NCBI GenBank assembly: GCA_050179755.1
Contig: JBFXEV010000001.1
Location: forward strand, 841,994 to 905,993
Length of the DNA: 64,000 nucleotides
Direction: 5' to 3'
Origin: Candidatus Babeliales bacterium
GTDB lineage: Bacteria; Babelota; Babeliae; Babelales; JBFXEV01
Shown: positions 1 through 9,608 of the stretch, piece by piece
Numbering within the stretch: position 1 is the stretch's first letter
Layout of the letters: each line of letters starts with the position of its first letter
Notes under the pieces: generated by a model
What the model was told of the DNA's origin: nothing
Databases searched by the model: none
The model's input: the letters and a program-made list of their open reading frames with translations, nothing else
Position numbers and translations under genes: made by a program

Positions 1-2
1 CT

Positions 3-248
3 AGGCAAAAGGAAAATAAGTTACTTGAAGCAACTGGTAGCTACTATAAGAATTTACAAAAGGAATTGCAAGAGACTTTGCATCAACAAGAACAGGCTAA
101 AGCTGCTCAAGCTACTCAACAGGATTTGGAGCGCCTCGTCAAGGCAGAGACTGAGCGTCAGCGGCTTTTAGAGGAACAACGGCGCAAAAATGAAGCAGAA
201 AAAGAACCTGGAGCTGTTACAGAAGAAGAATGGGAATCGAGCAAATAG
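3..248 (+). CDS. 3' end of a coiled-coil protein (5'-truncated by window edge)
   Basis: Frame of ORF 66..248 is open back to position 3 (RQKENKLLEATGSYYKNLQKELQE...); E/Q/K/R-rich helical sequence. Confidence 0.7.
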   Translation, partial: RQKENKLLEATGSYYKNLQKELQETLHQQEQAKAAQATQQDLERLVKAETERQRLLEEQRRKNEAEKEPGAVTEEEWESSK

Positions 249-286
249 CCAGATTCCGCGATTTTTGAGTTTAAGTTTAATAAAAT

Positions 287-313
287 GAGCTCTTAGGCTT
301 TGTCTAAGAGCTC
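287..313. terminator. Hairpin between convergent genes, probable terminator
   Basis: gagctcttag-gctttgt-ctaagagctc, 10-bp perfect arms in A/T-rich context. Confidence 0.6.
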
Positions 314-408
314 TTAAAAAACATAGCATTAAAGCCGTTATTAGATGAGGTTAATAGCGGTTGCTTGCAAATTAAGCAAAAATTTACTTTTGTAATAACC
401 CCGGTTAA

Positions 409-1089
409 TTATTTGTTTATAGGGTTTTTATTATTGGCTTTTTTAATCACTCTTTGAGCGCTATTGATGATATAATTACGTAGCATTTCAATAGTGAAAT
501 CATTATCTTTCTGTACATCCATATAGTCCACAGCAATAGTTAATTTCCCTTTGATAAATTCTGGTATTAATTCTTTGGTGACTAGACGGCCTACATCTTT
601 TCCGAGCAGTGTTTGGCGCTTTGTTAATGAAATAGCTGCGGGTATTATATGTTGAATTTCTTGTGGGGAAACTGCGGTTATAAAGCTGGCGCGATTAAAC
701 CAGATATTATCATCATCTAGATCTGCATTAACTAGGGGCCTAGACACGATTGATAATGGAGTTTCACCTAAATTATTGCGCGCATGAATATTAGCACCAT
801 TTTCAATGAGATAAACTATAACCCTGTCCCAATTAACCGCATTGTGCTGATTAACCTTACGAGCTACCAAATGTAATGGTGTATCGCCATTCTTAAATGT
901 AAGCTTAACGTTTTTACCAATTAATTTAATAATATTATCAGCATCATCAACACGTTTAATTGCTGCAATAGCCGCTTCTAGTTCGTTGTTAAATTGTGCG
1001 AAATCTCCGCTGATCGCTTGAGTAATACAAGATGATAGCACTAATAAATTAATGAATGTAAAGAGTTTATTAAAATTACTGTTTTTCAT
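409..1089 (-). CDS. Secreted ankyrin-repeat protein with shared C-terminal helical domain
   Basis: Hydrophobic N-terminus; GDTPLHLVA, LIENGANIHARNNLGETPL; C-terminal block nearly identical to that of 1373..2281. Confidence 0.85.
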   Translation of the reverse strand: MKNSNFNKLFTFINLLVLSSCITQAISGDFAQFNNELEAAIAAIKRVDDADNIIKLIGKNVKLTFKNGDTPLHLVARKVNQHNAVNWDRVIVYLIENGANIHARNNLGETPLSIVSRPLVNADLDDDNIWFNRASFITAVSPQEIQHIIPAAISLTKRQTLLGKDVGRLVTKELIPEFIKGKLTIAVDYMDVQKDNDFTIEMLRNYIINSAQRVIKKANNKNPINK

Positions 1090-1372
1090 GAAAAATCCTT
1101 TTTTAAAGCAAGATGGTTATAGGTTCATGTCTCTATTTTATAATAGCATAATACCGGTCACTTGCACAATAGTTTTATTTCAGCCTGAAATTACCCTGAG
1201 GGATTGGTATTTCAAGTCAGTTTTATCTAAGAATTCTTTTTATATTGGAATAATATAAAAAAATAAGTGTAAAATTCGAATAGACATCAAAACTGTTGAG
1301 TTTTATTACTGTTTTGTTATATTGATAATGGGTTTATATTGCTTATTCATATTGATTTAAAGGATTTAAATT

Positions 1373-2281
1373 ATGAACAGACATTTTCTATATTATTTAT
1401 TTGTCGGGGTATTAATTGCTGGTAATTCCATGATTTACTCTATGGATCAGAGTGCCCATATTACAACTTTAAATGATGCAATTGTGAAAAAGGATAATCA
1501 ACAAGTGGCAAGACTGTTGGCCACAGGTATAAATCTTAAATCGCTACCAAAAAATGTAACTTCGCCTCTTTTTTTGGCAATCACCCAGAATTCACCAGAA
1601 ATAGTCGAGCTGCTGATTAAAGCTGGTATTGATGTGCGCGCCGATTTAGATCGTGTTTCTCCTGAGGAGTATGAAAAGAGATCTGATATTCAGATGTATG
1701 CTTCACCATTGCATTACGCAGTGAGTGAAGGGTATGTGGATATTGCAAGAGCCCTTATAGAAGCAGGTGCGGATATTCACGCGCCAATGAACTTGGTTTC
1801 AAAAGGTGAATATCAAGATGTATCAGAAAAGATTGGACAAAATTCTTTAGATATAGCAAAGAATTTTGCAAGTTCGCCGGCGAGTTCTCAATTGTTATTA
1901 AGGCACAATGAAGATGAACGTGTTGCACATTTAAGAGAAATTGCTAAGAAAAACTTGTTGGGTATGGATTTGTTACGCGTTTTATTAACTACCGTTTCAC
2001 CTCAAGAAATTCAGCATATAATACCAGCAGTTATTTCATTAACAATGCGCCAAACATTATTGGGTAAAGATGTGGGGAGATTAATTGTTGCTCAGCTTGT
2101 TCCTCAAATTGTACGTGCAAAACTTACTTTGGCAAAACAATATCCAGTAGCTGAATCAGAAGATCAGCTGCGTGTGGATATTATAACTAGTATTAATCGA
2201 GTGATTAAAAAGTCACCGCGTATTAAAGCTGCTATAAATAATCTTCAAGCCTGTTCTGCCGCAAAATCAGAAACCAACTAA
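1373..2281 (+). CDS. Secreted ankyrin-repeat protein
   Basis: Signal peptide ending IYS-MDQ; SPLFLAI, SPLHYAV, LIEAGADIHA; AAGGA RBS upstream. Confidence 0.88.
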   Translation: MNRHFLYYLFVGVLIAGNSMIYSMDQSAHITTLNDAIVKKDNQQVARLLATGINLKSLPKNVTSPLFLAITQNSPEIVELLIKAGIDVRADLDRVSPEEYEKRSDIQMYASPLHYAVSEGYVDIARALIEAGADIHAPMNLVSKGEYQDVSEKIGQNSLDIAKNFASSPASSQLLLRHNEDERVAHLREIAKKNLLGMDLLRVLLTTVSPQEIQHIIPAVISLTMRQTLLGKDVGRLIVAQLVPQIVRAKLTLAKQYPVAESEDQLRVDIITSINRVIKKSPRIKAAINNLQACSAAKSETN

Positions 2282-2335
2282 TCAGCAAAAACGATTTGCT
2301 TCAGTAAAATTACTACACCAAAGGTTATTTTTTGT

Positions 2336-2371
2336 GCTTCTACTTAAAGGGATTTAGCTTTAAGTAGAAGC
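2336..2371 (+). terminator. 14-bp perfect inverted repeat, probable terminator
   Basis: gcttctacttaaag-ggatttag-ctttaagtagaagc, 55 nt after the stop at 2281. Confidence 0.55.
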
Positions 2372-2570
2372 TTACATTCGTTTGATTTGACCAAAGTGGC
2401 ATTTTTATTCTGTAGTTAGATTGAATATTTTCTAATAAGTAGTAGGGTTGTTTTTCTGCGTAATAATTCAGATTGAGATAAAAACTATTGATTTGCAATA
2501 CACTATTTTGGTATGCTGTCTGTAGGGGATAATCCTTTAGAATACGTATTTTTAATCAGATAGGAAGCTC

Positions 2571-4193
2571 ATGAATCGTCGCATATTAATAATTTTAATT
2601 TCTTGTTTGCAACTTAGCATGCTTAGTGCTGATTATTCAGGATTAAATAAGCAGCTTTTTGAAGCGGTGACAAAAAATGATGTTGTGGAAGTTCAACGAT
2701 TAGTAGAGTTGGGCGCTGACGTTAATGCAAAAGATGAGTTTACTTCTACACCGTTACATATCGCTGTATCTAAGAACAATTTTCCATTAGTTGCATTTTT
2801 GCTTGAGAAAGGCGCAAATGTCAATGCGAAAATAAAAGATGATTTAACAACTCCGTTGCATGCTGCTGCAATTAATGGTTTTGCGGACATAGCTCGATTA
2901 CTTATTAAAGAAGGTGCACATGTTAATCTAAGAGATAAGGATGATAAAACGTCGTTGTGGTTTGGAACTTTTGAAGATCATAAAGATGTTGTTGCAGTGT
3001 TACTCGAAAATAAAGCAGACATGTATGCAGAAAATAAAGAAGGCAATACACCGTTTCTGGCAGCCCTTGCTCATAGTGAGAGTATTCTACCATTATTTAT
3101 TGCTGCCGGCGTGGATGTTAATAGGAGTCTGCATTTTCTCGACCAGGAATTAACACCACTACAATTAGCAGGCATTTGGGGTGATGCACATGCTATTTCA
3201 TTACTCACAAGAGCCGGTGGTGATGTTAATGCCAAAAATAAAAATTCAGGAGCAACTGCATTACATAATGCTGCTTGGCTCGGTCATATAAATGCTGTTA
3301 AAGAGCTTCTTAAGTTGGGCGCACATGTTGATATTCGAGATAATGAAGATGCTAATCCTTTGCATCGCGCTGTACAAGAAGGAAAACTAGATGTTGCTTA
3401 TGCCTTAATTGACAATGGGGCTGATTTGTTTACTAAAAATAAAAATGGGGTTGCACCAATAGAGCGTGCAGCCGATGACGAAGCAAAAATAGCTTTAATA
3501 GCTCATACTCCTATACAAGAAATTACACATATAATTCCGGGCATTTTAGCATTAAAAAAAGCAACACCAGAATTACCTAAAGATATGCGCAACTCTTTGC
3601 TTCTTGAAATGATTAATGGCTTGGTAAGTGCAAAAATAAAGAAAGCAAAAGAGTATTTGCCTCAGCAAACAGTGGACACACTGAAAGTCGCATTTGAAAA
3701 AGGCATTAGCAATTCTATTAAAAAGTCACCAAGAATGCAAAAGGCTCCGCCAAGCGCGGATGTATTGCCGCCATATATTGCGGTTGCTAGCGATGCAAAA
3801 CCAGCATTTACAGGGCCATTGCCGCCTTCGCCCTATGAACAACCTGCACCAACTACCAGCATTACGGCATTAGAACGTCAACAATTGCTAGCGGTTCTCA
3901 AGGATTTAAACTTAGAAGAGGAAAGTGAGATTGGTACACAAGAAGTTACGCCTGCGGCTTTTCTAAAAGATCTTAAACTTGCAATGCGAGATATTCTTAA
4001 GGGTTTTAACATGCAAACACGTAAATATATAGGATATGCAGGTAGACATGAACCTTTTCATAATCGTTTTTTAAGAGACTATGAGGCTGCATTAAAGTTA
4101 TTAAAAGCTGCAAGCCCACATGATGGAGAAATTAGTCTATTTGAAGAGTGGCAACCGTATCTTGAACAGGCGGTTGATCAATATCCACAATAG
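2571..4193 (+). CDS. Secreted ankyrin-repeat protein (~8-9 repeats) with Pro-rich linker and helical C-terminus
   Basis: TPLHIAV, TPLHAAA, TPFLAAL, TPLQLAG, TALHNAA, NPLHRAV; signal peptide; AGGA RBS. Confidence 0.92.
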   Translation: MNRRILIILISCLQLSMLSADYSGLNKQLFEAVTKNDVVEVQRLVELGADVNAKDEFTSTPLHIAVSKNNFPLVAFLLEKGANVNAKIKDDLTTPLHAAAINGFADIARLLIKEGAHVNLRDKDDKTSLWFGTFEDHKDVVAVLLENKADMYAENKEGNTPFLAALAHSESILPLFIAAGVDVNRSLHFLDQELTPLQLAGIWGDAHAISLLTRAGGDVNAKNKNSGATALHNAAWLGHINAVKELLKLGAHVDIRDNEDANPLHRAVQEGKLDVAYALIDNGADLFTKNKNGVAPIERAADDEAKIALIAHTPIQEITHIIPGILALKKATPELPKDMRNSLLLEMINGLVSAKIKKAKEYLPQQTVDTLKVAFEKGISNSIKKSPRMQKAPPSADVLPPYIAVASDAKPAFTGPLPPSPYEQPAPTTSITALERQQLLAVLKDLNLEEESEIGTQEVTPAAFLKDLKLAMRDILKGFNMQTRKYIGYAGRHEPFHNRFLRDYEAALKLLKAASPHDGEISLFEEWQPYLEQAVDQYPQ

Positions 4194-4249
4194 TTCATAC
4201 AATGATCTCTGAAAATTTCAAATAATATAATTTAAAAAATCGCTTAGAT

Positions 4250-4278
4250 TTGACCAATATGCCAGATTTCGCTATTCT
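4250..4278 (+). promoter_or_regulatory. Sigma70-type promoter for tRNA-Leu
   Basis: TTGACC-N17-TATTCT; an alternative TATAAT lies at 4284-4289. Confidence 0.5.
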
Positions 4279-4297
4279 AAAGCTATAATTTCAAGCA

Positions 4298-4385
4298 GCC
4301 GGGATGGCGGAACTGGTAGACGCACAGGACTCAAAATCCTGCGGGGCTTGCCCCCGTGTCGGTTCGATTCCGACTCCCGGCACCA
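4298..4385 (+). tRNA. tRNA-Leu (CAA)
   Basis: GCCGGGA...TCCCGGC-A-CCA acceptor, anticodon arm CAGGA-CT-CAA-AA-TCCTG, long variable arm, GTTCGA T-loop. Confidence 0.97.
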
Positions 4386-4387
4386 AC

Positions 4388-4576
4388 CTGCGCCAATCCA
4401 GCCTACGCTTATAGCTCCGGCGGACAGGGGCTCAGAGTTGGAAACCGCTCATCCTGAGTGAATCGCGAAGCGATTTGTATCGAGGGACGGTTGGCAGGCC
4501 AGTTTACTTTAATGCGTAGGTTGCGCGTCGGAGTTAGCCAAGCGAGCGTAGTGAGCCTGAATTAACGTAGGCGGGC
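4388..4576. repeat. GC-rich cluster of short palindromic (REP-like) motifs after tRNA-Leu
   Basis: ccgctcatcctgag (4445-4458) recurs inverted at 63276-63289; internal hairpin aatcgc-gaa-gcgatt; gcctacg (4401) complements cgtaggc (4566). Confidence 0.55.
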
Positions 4577-4617
4577 AGTCTTTTGGATTTTCTTAATACC
4601 TAAAAAAGATAGATTTT

Positions 4618-4956
4618 ATGAACAACTCCTGCATCTTTTGTAAAATAATCGCCAAAGAAGTTCCTTGCACGCCAGTATATGAAACAGATGACATCCTAGT
4701 CATCAAAGATTTATATCCAAAAGCACCCATTCATTATTTAATTATTCCCAAAAAACATGCAAAAGACATTCAAGATCTTGCACATGATGACATGCATCTT
4801 GGTGCATCAATGATCAAAGTTGCCAAAGAATTATCCGCTCAATTGCCAGGAACAGGTGATTTTAAGTTAGTGGTCAATAGTGGAGAAGGCTCTGGTCAAA
4901 GCATATTCCATCTTCATATGCACTTTGTTGCTGGCAAACAATTGGGTGAAATTTAA
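4618..4956 (+). CDS. hinT: Histidine triad (HIT) nucleotide-binding protein
   Basis: CIFCKII N-terminus, P-KAPIH, GQSIFHLHMH triad. Confidence 0.93.
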   Translation: MNNSCIFCKIIAKEVPCTPVYETDDILVIKDLYPKAPIHYLIIPKKHAKDIQDLAHDDMHLGASMIKVAKELSAQLPGTGDFKLVVNSGEGSGQSIFHLHMHFVAGKQLGEI

Positions 4957-4973
4957 TAAGCCAACAAAAAAGC

Positions 4974-6722
4974 TTATTGATGTTTTTCAACGAGCGGTTC
5001 TTGTGGTAAAAATGGTTGCTGTGCGCGTAATCTAATTTGTAAATTATCAAGCCGTTGCTCAAGATGATTAAGAGCAGCAGGTAACGGTAAGCGTTCTTCT
5101 CGCGGCATTGCGGCCGGCTGTTGCTGTTGCAACGCTGCTTGGCGTTGTGCTTCTTGTTCGCGTGCGCGTTGCAAGTCTTCTTGTTGCTTACGCAATGCTT
5201 CTAATCGTTTTGCTTGATCTGCTTTTAATCGCTTATCTTCTTCTTGTCTACGTGCCTTTTCTTCTTTGCGGCGTAATTGGTCTTGTTGTTTGCGCAATGC
5301 TTCAAGGCGTTTTGTCTCTTCTTCTAATCTGCGAGCTTCTTCTTTGAGACGTAATGCTTCTTGCTGCTGCAATTCTTTTGCCTTAAGGCGTTCAGCTTTT
5401 ATTCTTTGTATTTCTTGCTTATACAATTGAGCTCGATCTTGTTGCGTTTTTGTATCTGTTGCCAGTAATAGATCAGTTAAGTGATTTTTTGCCCAATCGA
5501 TAGCATTTCTTTTTAAGTTGTCTTGTAAATCCACATTGGCGCCAATTTCAAGCAACAATTGAACTAATGTAATTAAATCAAAGGTGGTTGCAAATATGAG
5601 TGCGGTTTGGCCACTTTTGTTTTGTTTGTCTACGTTAATACCATGCTCAATAAGAATTCGTGCTATTTTAAGCAGGGCTTCTTGGTCTTTATGTTTTGGA
5701 TATGCTTTGATTGCGATAATTAACGTGTTATTATCTTCTTTATCAAGACTTTCAAGATTAGCGCCTTTATCAAGTAATAATTTTACTGCGTTTGCTTGTC
5801 CAGACTGTGCTGCCAAATGCAATGGCGTTTGCCCGGTTTTATCTTTACTTTCAATTTGAGCACCATGTTCTAAAAGAAAATTAATTATTTCAATGTGGCC
5901 ATTTCTTGCTGCATGATGTAATGCTGTTAAACCATTAATATCTCTGCTATTAATGAATACGGTAGATTTCGGCATTTTTTCAAGTACTTCTTTATTACCA
6001 GCAGCAGCAGCGGCTATAAAGTCTTTAGCTGCAGTTAAAAGATCTCTAATTATTTTATTTTTTTCAGGATCAGCCAAATCTACTGCTTGTTGTTTAAACA
6101 TATTTATTAATTCAATATTAGCTCCTGCATTGAGCAATAATTTAACCACCGATTCTAGATGTGTTGCCGTTGCAAGCATAAGCGCAGTTTGCCTATTATT
6201 ATTTTGCATATCTATGTCAGCGCCTTGTTGAATGAGCATGCGTACCAGTGCTTCAATAATGGGTGATGTTTCTTTAGTGGCTTGAGCGGTAGCTTGCGCA
6301 CGAGCAGCGGCTTTTTCTTCTGCAGTAGCGGTGTCTGGATTTGGTATTATTTTTTTGTAGTGTTCATCTGCTAATTCTGCTTGTTTTCTGGAAAATGATC
6401 GCACTGCTGCAATTAAAGGAGTTTCATTTTGTTTATCAGTAATTGAGGCGTTGGCTCCTTTTTCTAATAAAAAGGCAACGATATTAGTATCTGCTGCGCT
6501 TGCGGCTCTATGTAATGCTGTTTGACCCCCCGGTCCTTTAACATTAACATCAATACCAGAGTTAAGTAACTTTTGCAAAATATCTATTTTGCCTCTGGTC
6601 GCAGCATCAATGAAATTTTGAATTTTTAATTCTTCTGCTGTGGGTGGCTTTATTTGAACTGTTACATCTTGAGCATTACTGACAGAGACGCATATAATAC
6701 ATGCAAGAATTTTTTTTATCAT
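4974..6722 (-). CDS. Secreted ankyrin-repeat protein with charged coiled-coil C-terminus
   Basis: Signal peptide (VSNA-QD); GQTALHRAA, GLTALHHAA, GQTPLHLAA; repeated KRLEALRKQQ in the tail. Confidence 0.92.
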   Translation of the reverse strand: MIKKILACIICVSVSNAQDVTVQIKPPTAEELKIQNFIDAATRGKIDILQKLLNSGIDVNVKGPGGQTALHRAASAADTNIVAFLLEKGANASITDKQNETPLIAAVRSFSRKQAELADEHYKKIIPNPDTATAEEKAAARAQATAQATKETSPIIEALVRMLIQQGADIDMQNNNRQTALMLATATHLESVVKLLLNAGANIELINMFKQQAVDLADPEKNKIIRDLLTAAKDFIAAAAAGNKEVLEKMPKSTVFINSRDINGLTALHHAARNGHIEIINFLLEHGAQIESKDKTGQTPLHLAAQSGQANAVKLLLDKGANLESLDKEDNNTLIIAIKAYPKHKDQEALLKIARILIEHGINVDKQNKSGQTALIFATTFDLITLVQLLLEIGANVDLQDNLKRNAIDWAKNHLTDLLLATDTKTQQDRAQLYKQEIQRIKAERLKAKELQQQEALRLKEEARRLEEETKRLEALRKQQDQLRRKEEKARRQEEDKRLKADQAKRLEALRKQQEDLQRAREQEAQRQAALQQQQPAAMPREERLPLPAALNHLEQRLDNLQIRLRAQQPFLPQEPLVEKHQ

Positions 6723-6794
6723 GAAGAGTCCTTTTATACAAAATCATGTTTCTGATTTTAGTATAATAGGCCCATAGTACCAATTGCTATATTT

Positions 6795-7718
6795 TTAGGA
6801 TTCTAAATTTTCAACGTTATATTCTTTAGTATCTTGCTCTTTCATTTCACCATGATAGAAAATGCCTAGGCCTGCAAAAACGAGCACGGTTGAAATATAG
6901 AAATGCCACGCAATAGATTCTTGCAAGAATAGCCAGCCATACAATGCAGCAAATATAGGTGTTAAAAAGCTTGCAAACGCCATAAAAGTTGGCGTATAAA
7001 AGCGTAATAACCAACCATACAGATTATGACCAATCACGTTACTAAAGAGAATGATGAGAGCTAATATAACCATAAATTGACCAGAATTTACAACGCATGA
7101 TTGCGATTCTACAAAAAATGATGTCACTAATGCGAGTAAGCCGCCAGTAAACATACTCATACCATTGACGAGCGCTGGTGGATAATGGTTATCCTTTATA
7201 AGTTTACGTAAAACTATCCAACCATAAGCAAGTGAAGATACTGAGGCAATAATAGAAAGTTCTGGCCAAGAAATAAATGCTATGCCGCCTGCAATCTCTT
7301 CTGAAGGTGCTGATGCCATGAGTGTTGGTAACAGGCCACAAAATCCTACAATTAAGCCAACAATTTTATGCCAGGTAACTTTTTCTTTGTAAAAGCAATA
7401 GCCAAGTAAATATGAAATGAAGGGCCCTAGATTATAAAGAAGTGAGGCTTTATATGAAGGCATATATTTAAGTCCCCAAAAGCGCAAAATATAGGGTATA
7501 TAAATAGAAAACATCACTACTTGTATATAGAGCCGAACATGTTTTTTATTAAATTGAATACGCTGTTGTGTAAAAAAATATTGATATGCAAGGAGTAAAA
7601 GTCCTGCAATAAACATGCGTAAGCCTACCAAATAAATAGGTGGGCCAAAGTTAAGCATAATTTTGCCTAAAGAAAACGTGGCTGCAAAAATTGCATATAA
7701 AAAAATAATTAAAATCAT
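6795..7718 (-). CDS. DMT/EamA family transporter
   Basis: ~10 hydrophobic segments in two repeats; P..L...R motif; FYKEK and FLQES repeat ends. Confidence 0.88.
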   Translation of the reverse strand: MILIIFLYAIFAATFSLGKIMLNFGPPIYLVGLRMFIAGLLLLAYQYFFTQQRIQFNKKHVRLYIQVVMFSIYIPYILRFWGLKYMPSYKASLLYNLGPFISYLLGYCFYKEKVTWHKIVGLIVGFCGLLPTLMASAPSEEIAGGIAFISWPELSIIASVSSLAYGWIVLRKLIKDNHYPPALVNGMSMFTGGLLALVTSFFVESQSCVVNSGQFMVILALIILFSNVIGHNLYGWLLRFYTPTFMAFASFLTPIFAALYGWLFLQESIAWHFYISTVLVFAGLGIFYHGEMKEQDTKEYNVENLES

Positions 7719-7882
7719 CAGTAACTCGATATAAAGAGCGTCAAGAGGTTGCCTAGCTATTAATTATAAGGATGGGGGGTTAACTTGTCAAAATAAAAAA
7801 CGGCCAATTCTTGCACTCTTTCTCTATTCTGGTACATTCACAGAAGGAAAAAGTCGTTCATGTTACGTAGGGGAAAAAGCCG

Positions 7883-9499
7883 ATGATTATTGCATATTTG
7901 GCTACTATTTTATTGTCTATTTTTTCAACTGCAGTATTAGGATATATTTCAATAGCAACTCCGATTGGCCCTTGGATTGCACCAACGCTTGCACTTATTT
8001 GTTTATTTGTTTCTCATGTACTGCCCGCCCGAGTTGCTCCTGATCGCACCACTATTGCTTTATGCGTTGCTGGTGGGTCTGTTGGCGGCATTTTAGCAAC
8101 GGGTGTAGGTTTTTATTTCCCCACATTTTATTTTGTAGATCCGGTAGCATTTAATGCATTAATGGCGTCACCGCTTATGTTTTGGGCATATCTTTCTGGC
8201 ATATCGCTGGTGAGTGCGCTTTTTGGCTTGCTCGTTGCAAATATATTTGAAGAACAATTACTTGATAAAGATCAATTGCCTTTTGCTATTGGTCAAATGG
8301 TACACGCCATGATTTTTGCTGGTGATCAAGTTAAAAAAGCATGGCAGTTATGTATTGGATTTGTAAGCACTTTGTTGTTTTGTATGGCGCAAGTAAGTAT
8401 CAAAGGATTTGGGCCTTTCATACCACGTGAATATATGTTATTACGAGCACAGGGGCTTTCACTATTTGCCGTGCCAAAATTAGTACTTCATTTTGATCAA
8501 TTGCCTATGCTTATTGCCATTGGGTTTATAGCAGGTCATATTATTGCAATACCATTGCTTGTTGGGTTATTAACACTTCTTTTAATTGCAGAGCCTATTA
8601 ATAGGTTATTTTTTGCCGATATTTTCTGCCATGACTTTACTATGGCATTTTGCAGCGGCATTGTGGTATTTGGCGCACTTTCAAGTATTTATAGTGTTTA
8701 TGCACGCTCACGTAAACAAAAAGCCGTGCAACAAACATCAACTTGGGCTTCGTATGTGCAGCATTGGCAGAAGATGCATACAACGTTTATACAGCACATT
8801 TTAGAATGCGTGGTCATTTTAGCTTTGCTGATTCTTATGCTTACCTATACTTATTTTTCATGGGCCGCTCAGATATTTGTGATAATTGCTACGTTTATTT
8901 CATCATATCAAATTATTGTTATTGCGGGAAAAATTGGCCTTGCTACCATGGGCCGTTTTGCTACTTTTGTAATGGTGCCAGCAGTATTATTTTTTGGCAG
9001 CGATGGCATTCAAGCGACCATTATTTCAACGCTCGTGGGCATTGCTGGTGGTGTGGGTACTGATATTTTATTTGGCAGAAAACTTACACAAATGAGTGGT
9101 ATTCCCGCTAGTAAAACGCGCAAATTTCAGCTTCTTGGAATTATAACCAGCTCAATTGCTGTGGGCATAATTGTTTGGCTTTTAGTGCATCAGTTTGGGC
9201 TGGGTTCACCAGAATTATTTGCGCAACGTGCGCAAGCACGCGCACTGCTGTTGGATTGCACGCATTTTAATTATGGTGTGCTTGCTATGGGTATGTTGTT
9301 TGGTTTGTTGCTACATCAATTTAAAATCAACGAATTATTGGTACTTGGCGGTCTGTTGATGCCAATCGATTATTCGCTTGCACTCATTATTGGTGGATTT
9401 ATTTCTTATTATCTTATTGATCAAAAAGAAGGTGAGCCGTTCTGGTCTGGCGTCTTTGCTGCAAATTCAATTTGGATGCTTATTCAAGCGCTTCTTTAA
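7883..9499 (+). CDS. OPT/YSL-like oligopeptide transporter
   Basis: 538-aa polytopic membrane protein; QLPFAIG, KFQLLG, LFAQRAQA resemble OPT family segments (recognition, no search run). Confidence 0.65.
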   Translation: MIIAYLATILLSIFSTAVLGYISIATPIGPWIAPTLALICLFVSHVLPARVAPDRTTIALCVAGGSVGGILATGVGFYFPTFYFVDPVAFNALMASPLMFWAYLSGISLVSALFGLLVANIFEEQLLDKDQLPFAIGQMVHAMIFAGDQVKKAWQLCIGFVSTLLFCMAQVSIKGFGPFIPREYMLLRAQGLSLFAVPKLVLHFDQLPMLIAIGFIAGHIIAIPLLVGLLTLLLIAEPINRLFFADIFCHDFTMAFCSGIVVFGALSSIYSVYARSRKQKAVQQTSTWASYVQHWQKMHTTFIQHILECVVILALLILMLTYTYFSWAAQIFVIIATFISSYQIIVIAGKIGLATMGRFATFVMVPAVLFFGSDGIQATIISTLVGIAGGVGTDILFGRKLTQMSGIPASKTRKFQLLGIITSSIAVGIIVWLLVHQFGLGSPELFAQRAQARALLLDCTHFNYGVLAMGMLFGLLLHQFKINELLVLGGLLMPIDYSLALIIGGFISYYLIDQKEGEPFWSGVFAANSIWMLIQALL

Positions 9500-9608
9500 T
9501 GAACATGCAGCAATCTAAGGGCGTTTAGAAAGCATTGTTTTTTTACTGAATCCCTTTATCCTAAAATTATAAAAAGTAGTGTGTAATTTGGCAAAAAAGT
9601 AGGATGCA

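Noticed and set aside
1052..1258. 68-aa plus-strand ORF and similar short overlapping ORFs (e.g. 48897..49187, 56959..57420)
   Set aside because: Overlap better-supported genes or promoters; no recognisable features.
4298..4620. Integrative element at tRNA-Leu
   Set aside because: No integrase, and I saw no duplicated tRNA 3' end in the window.
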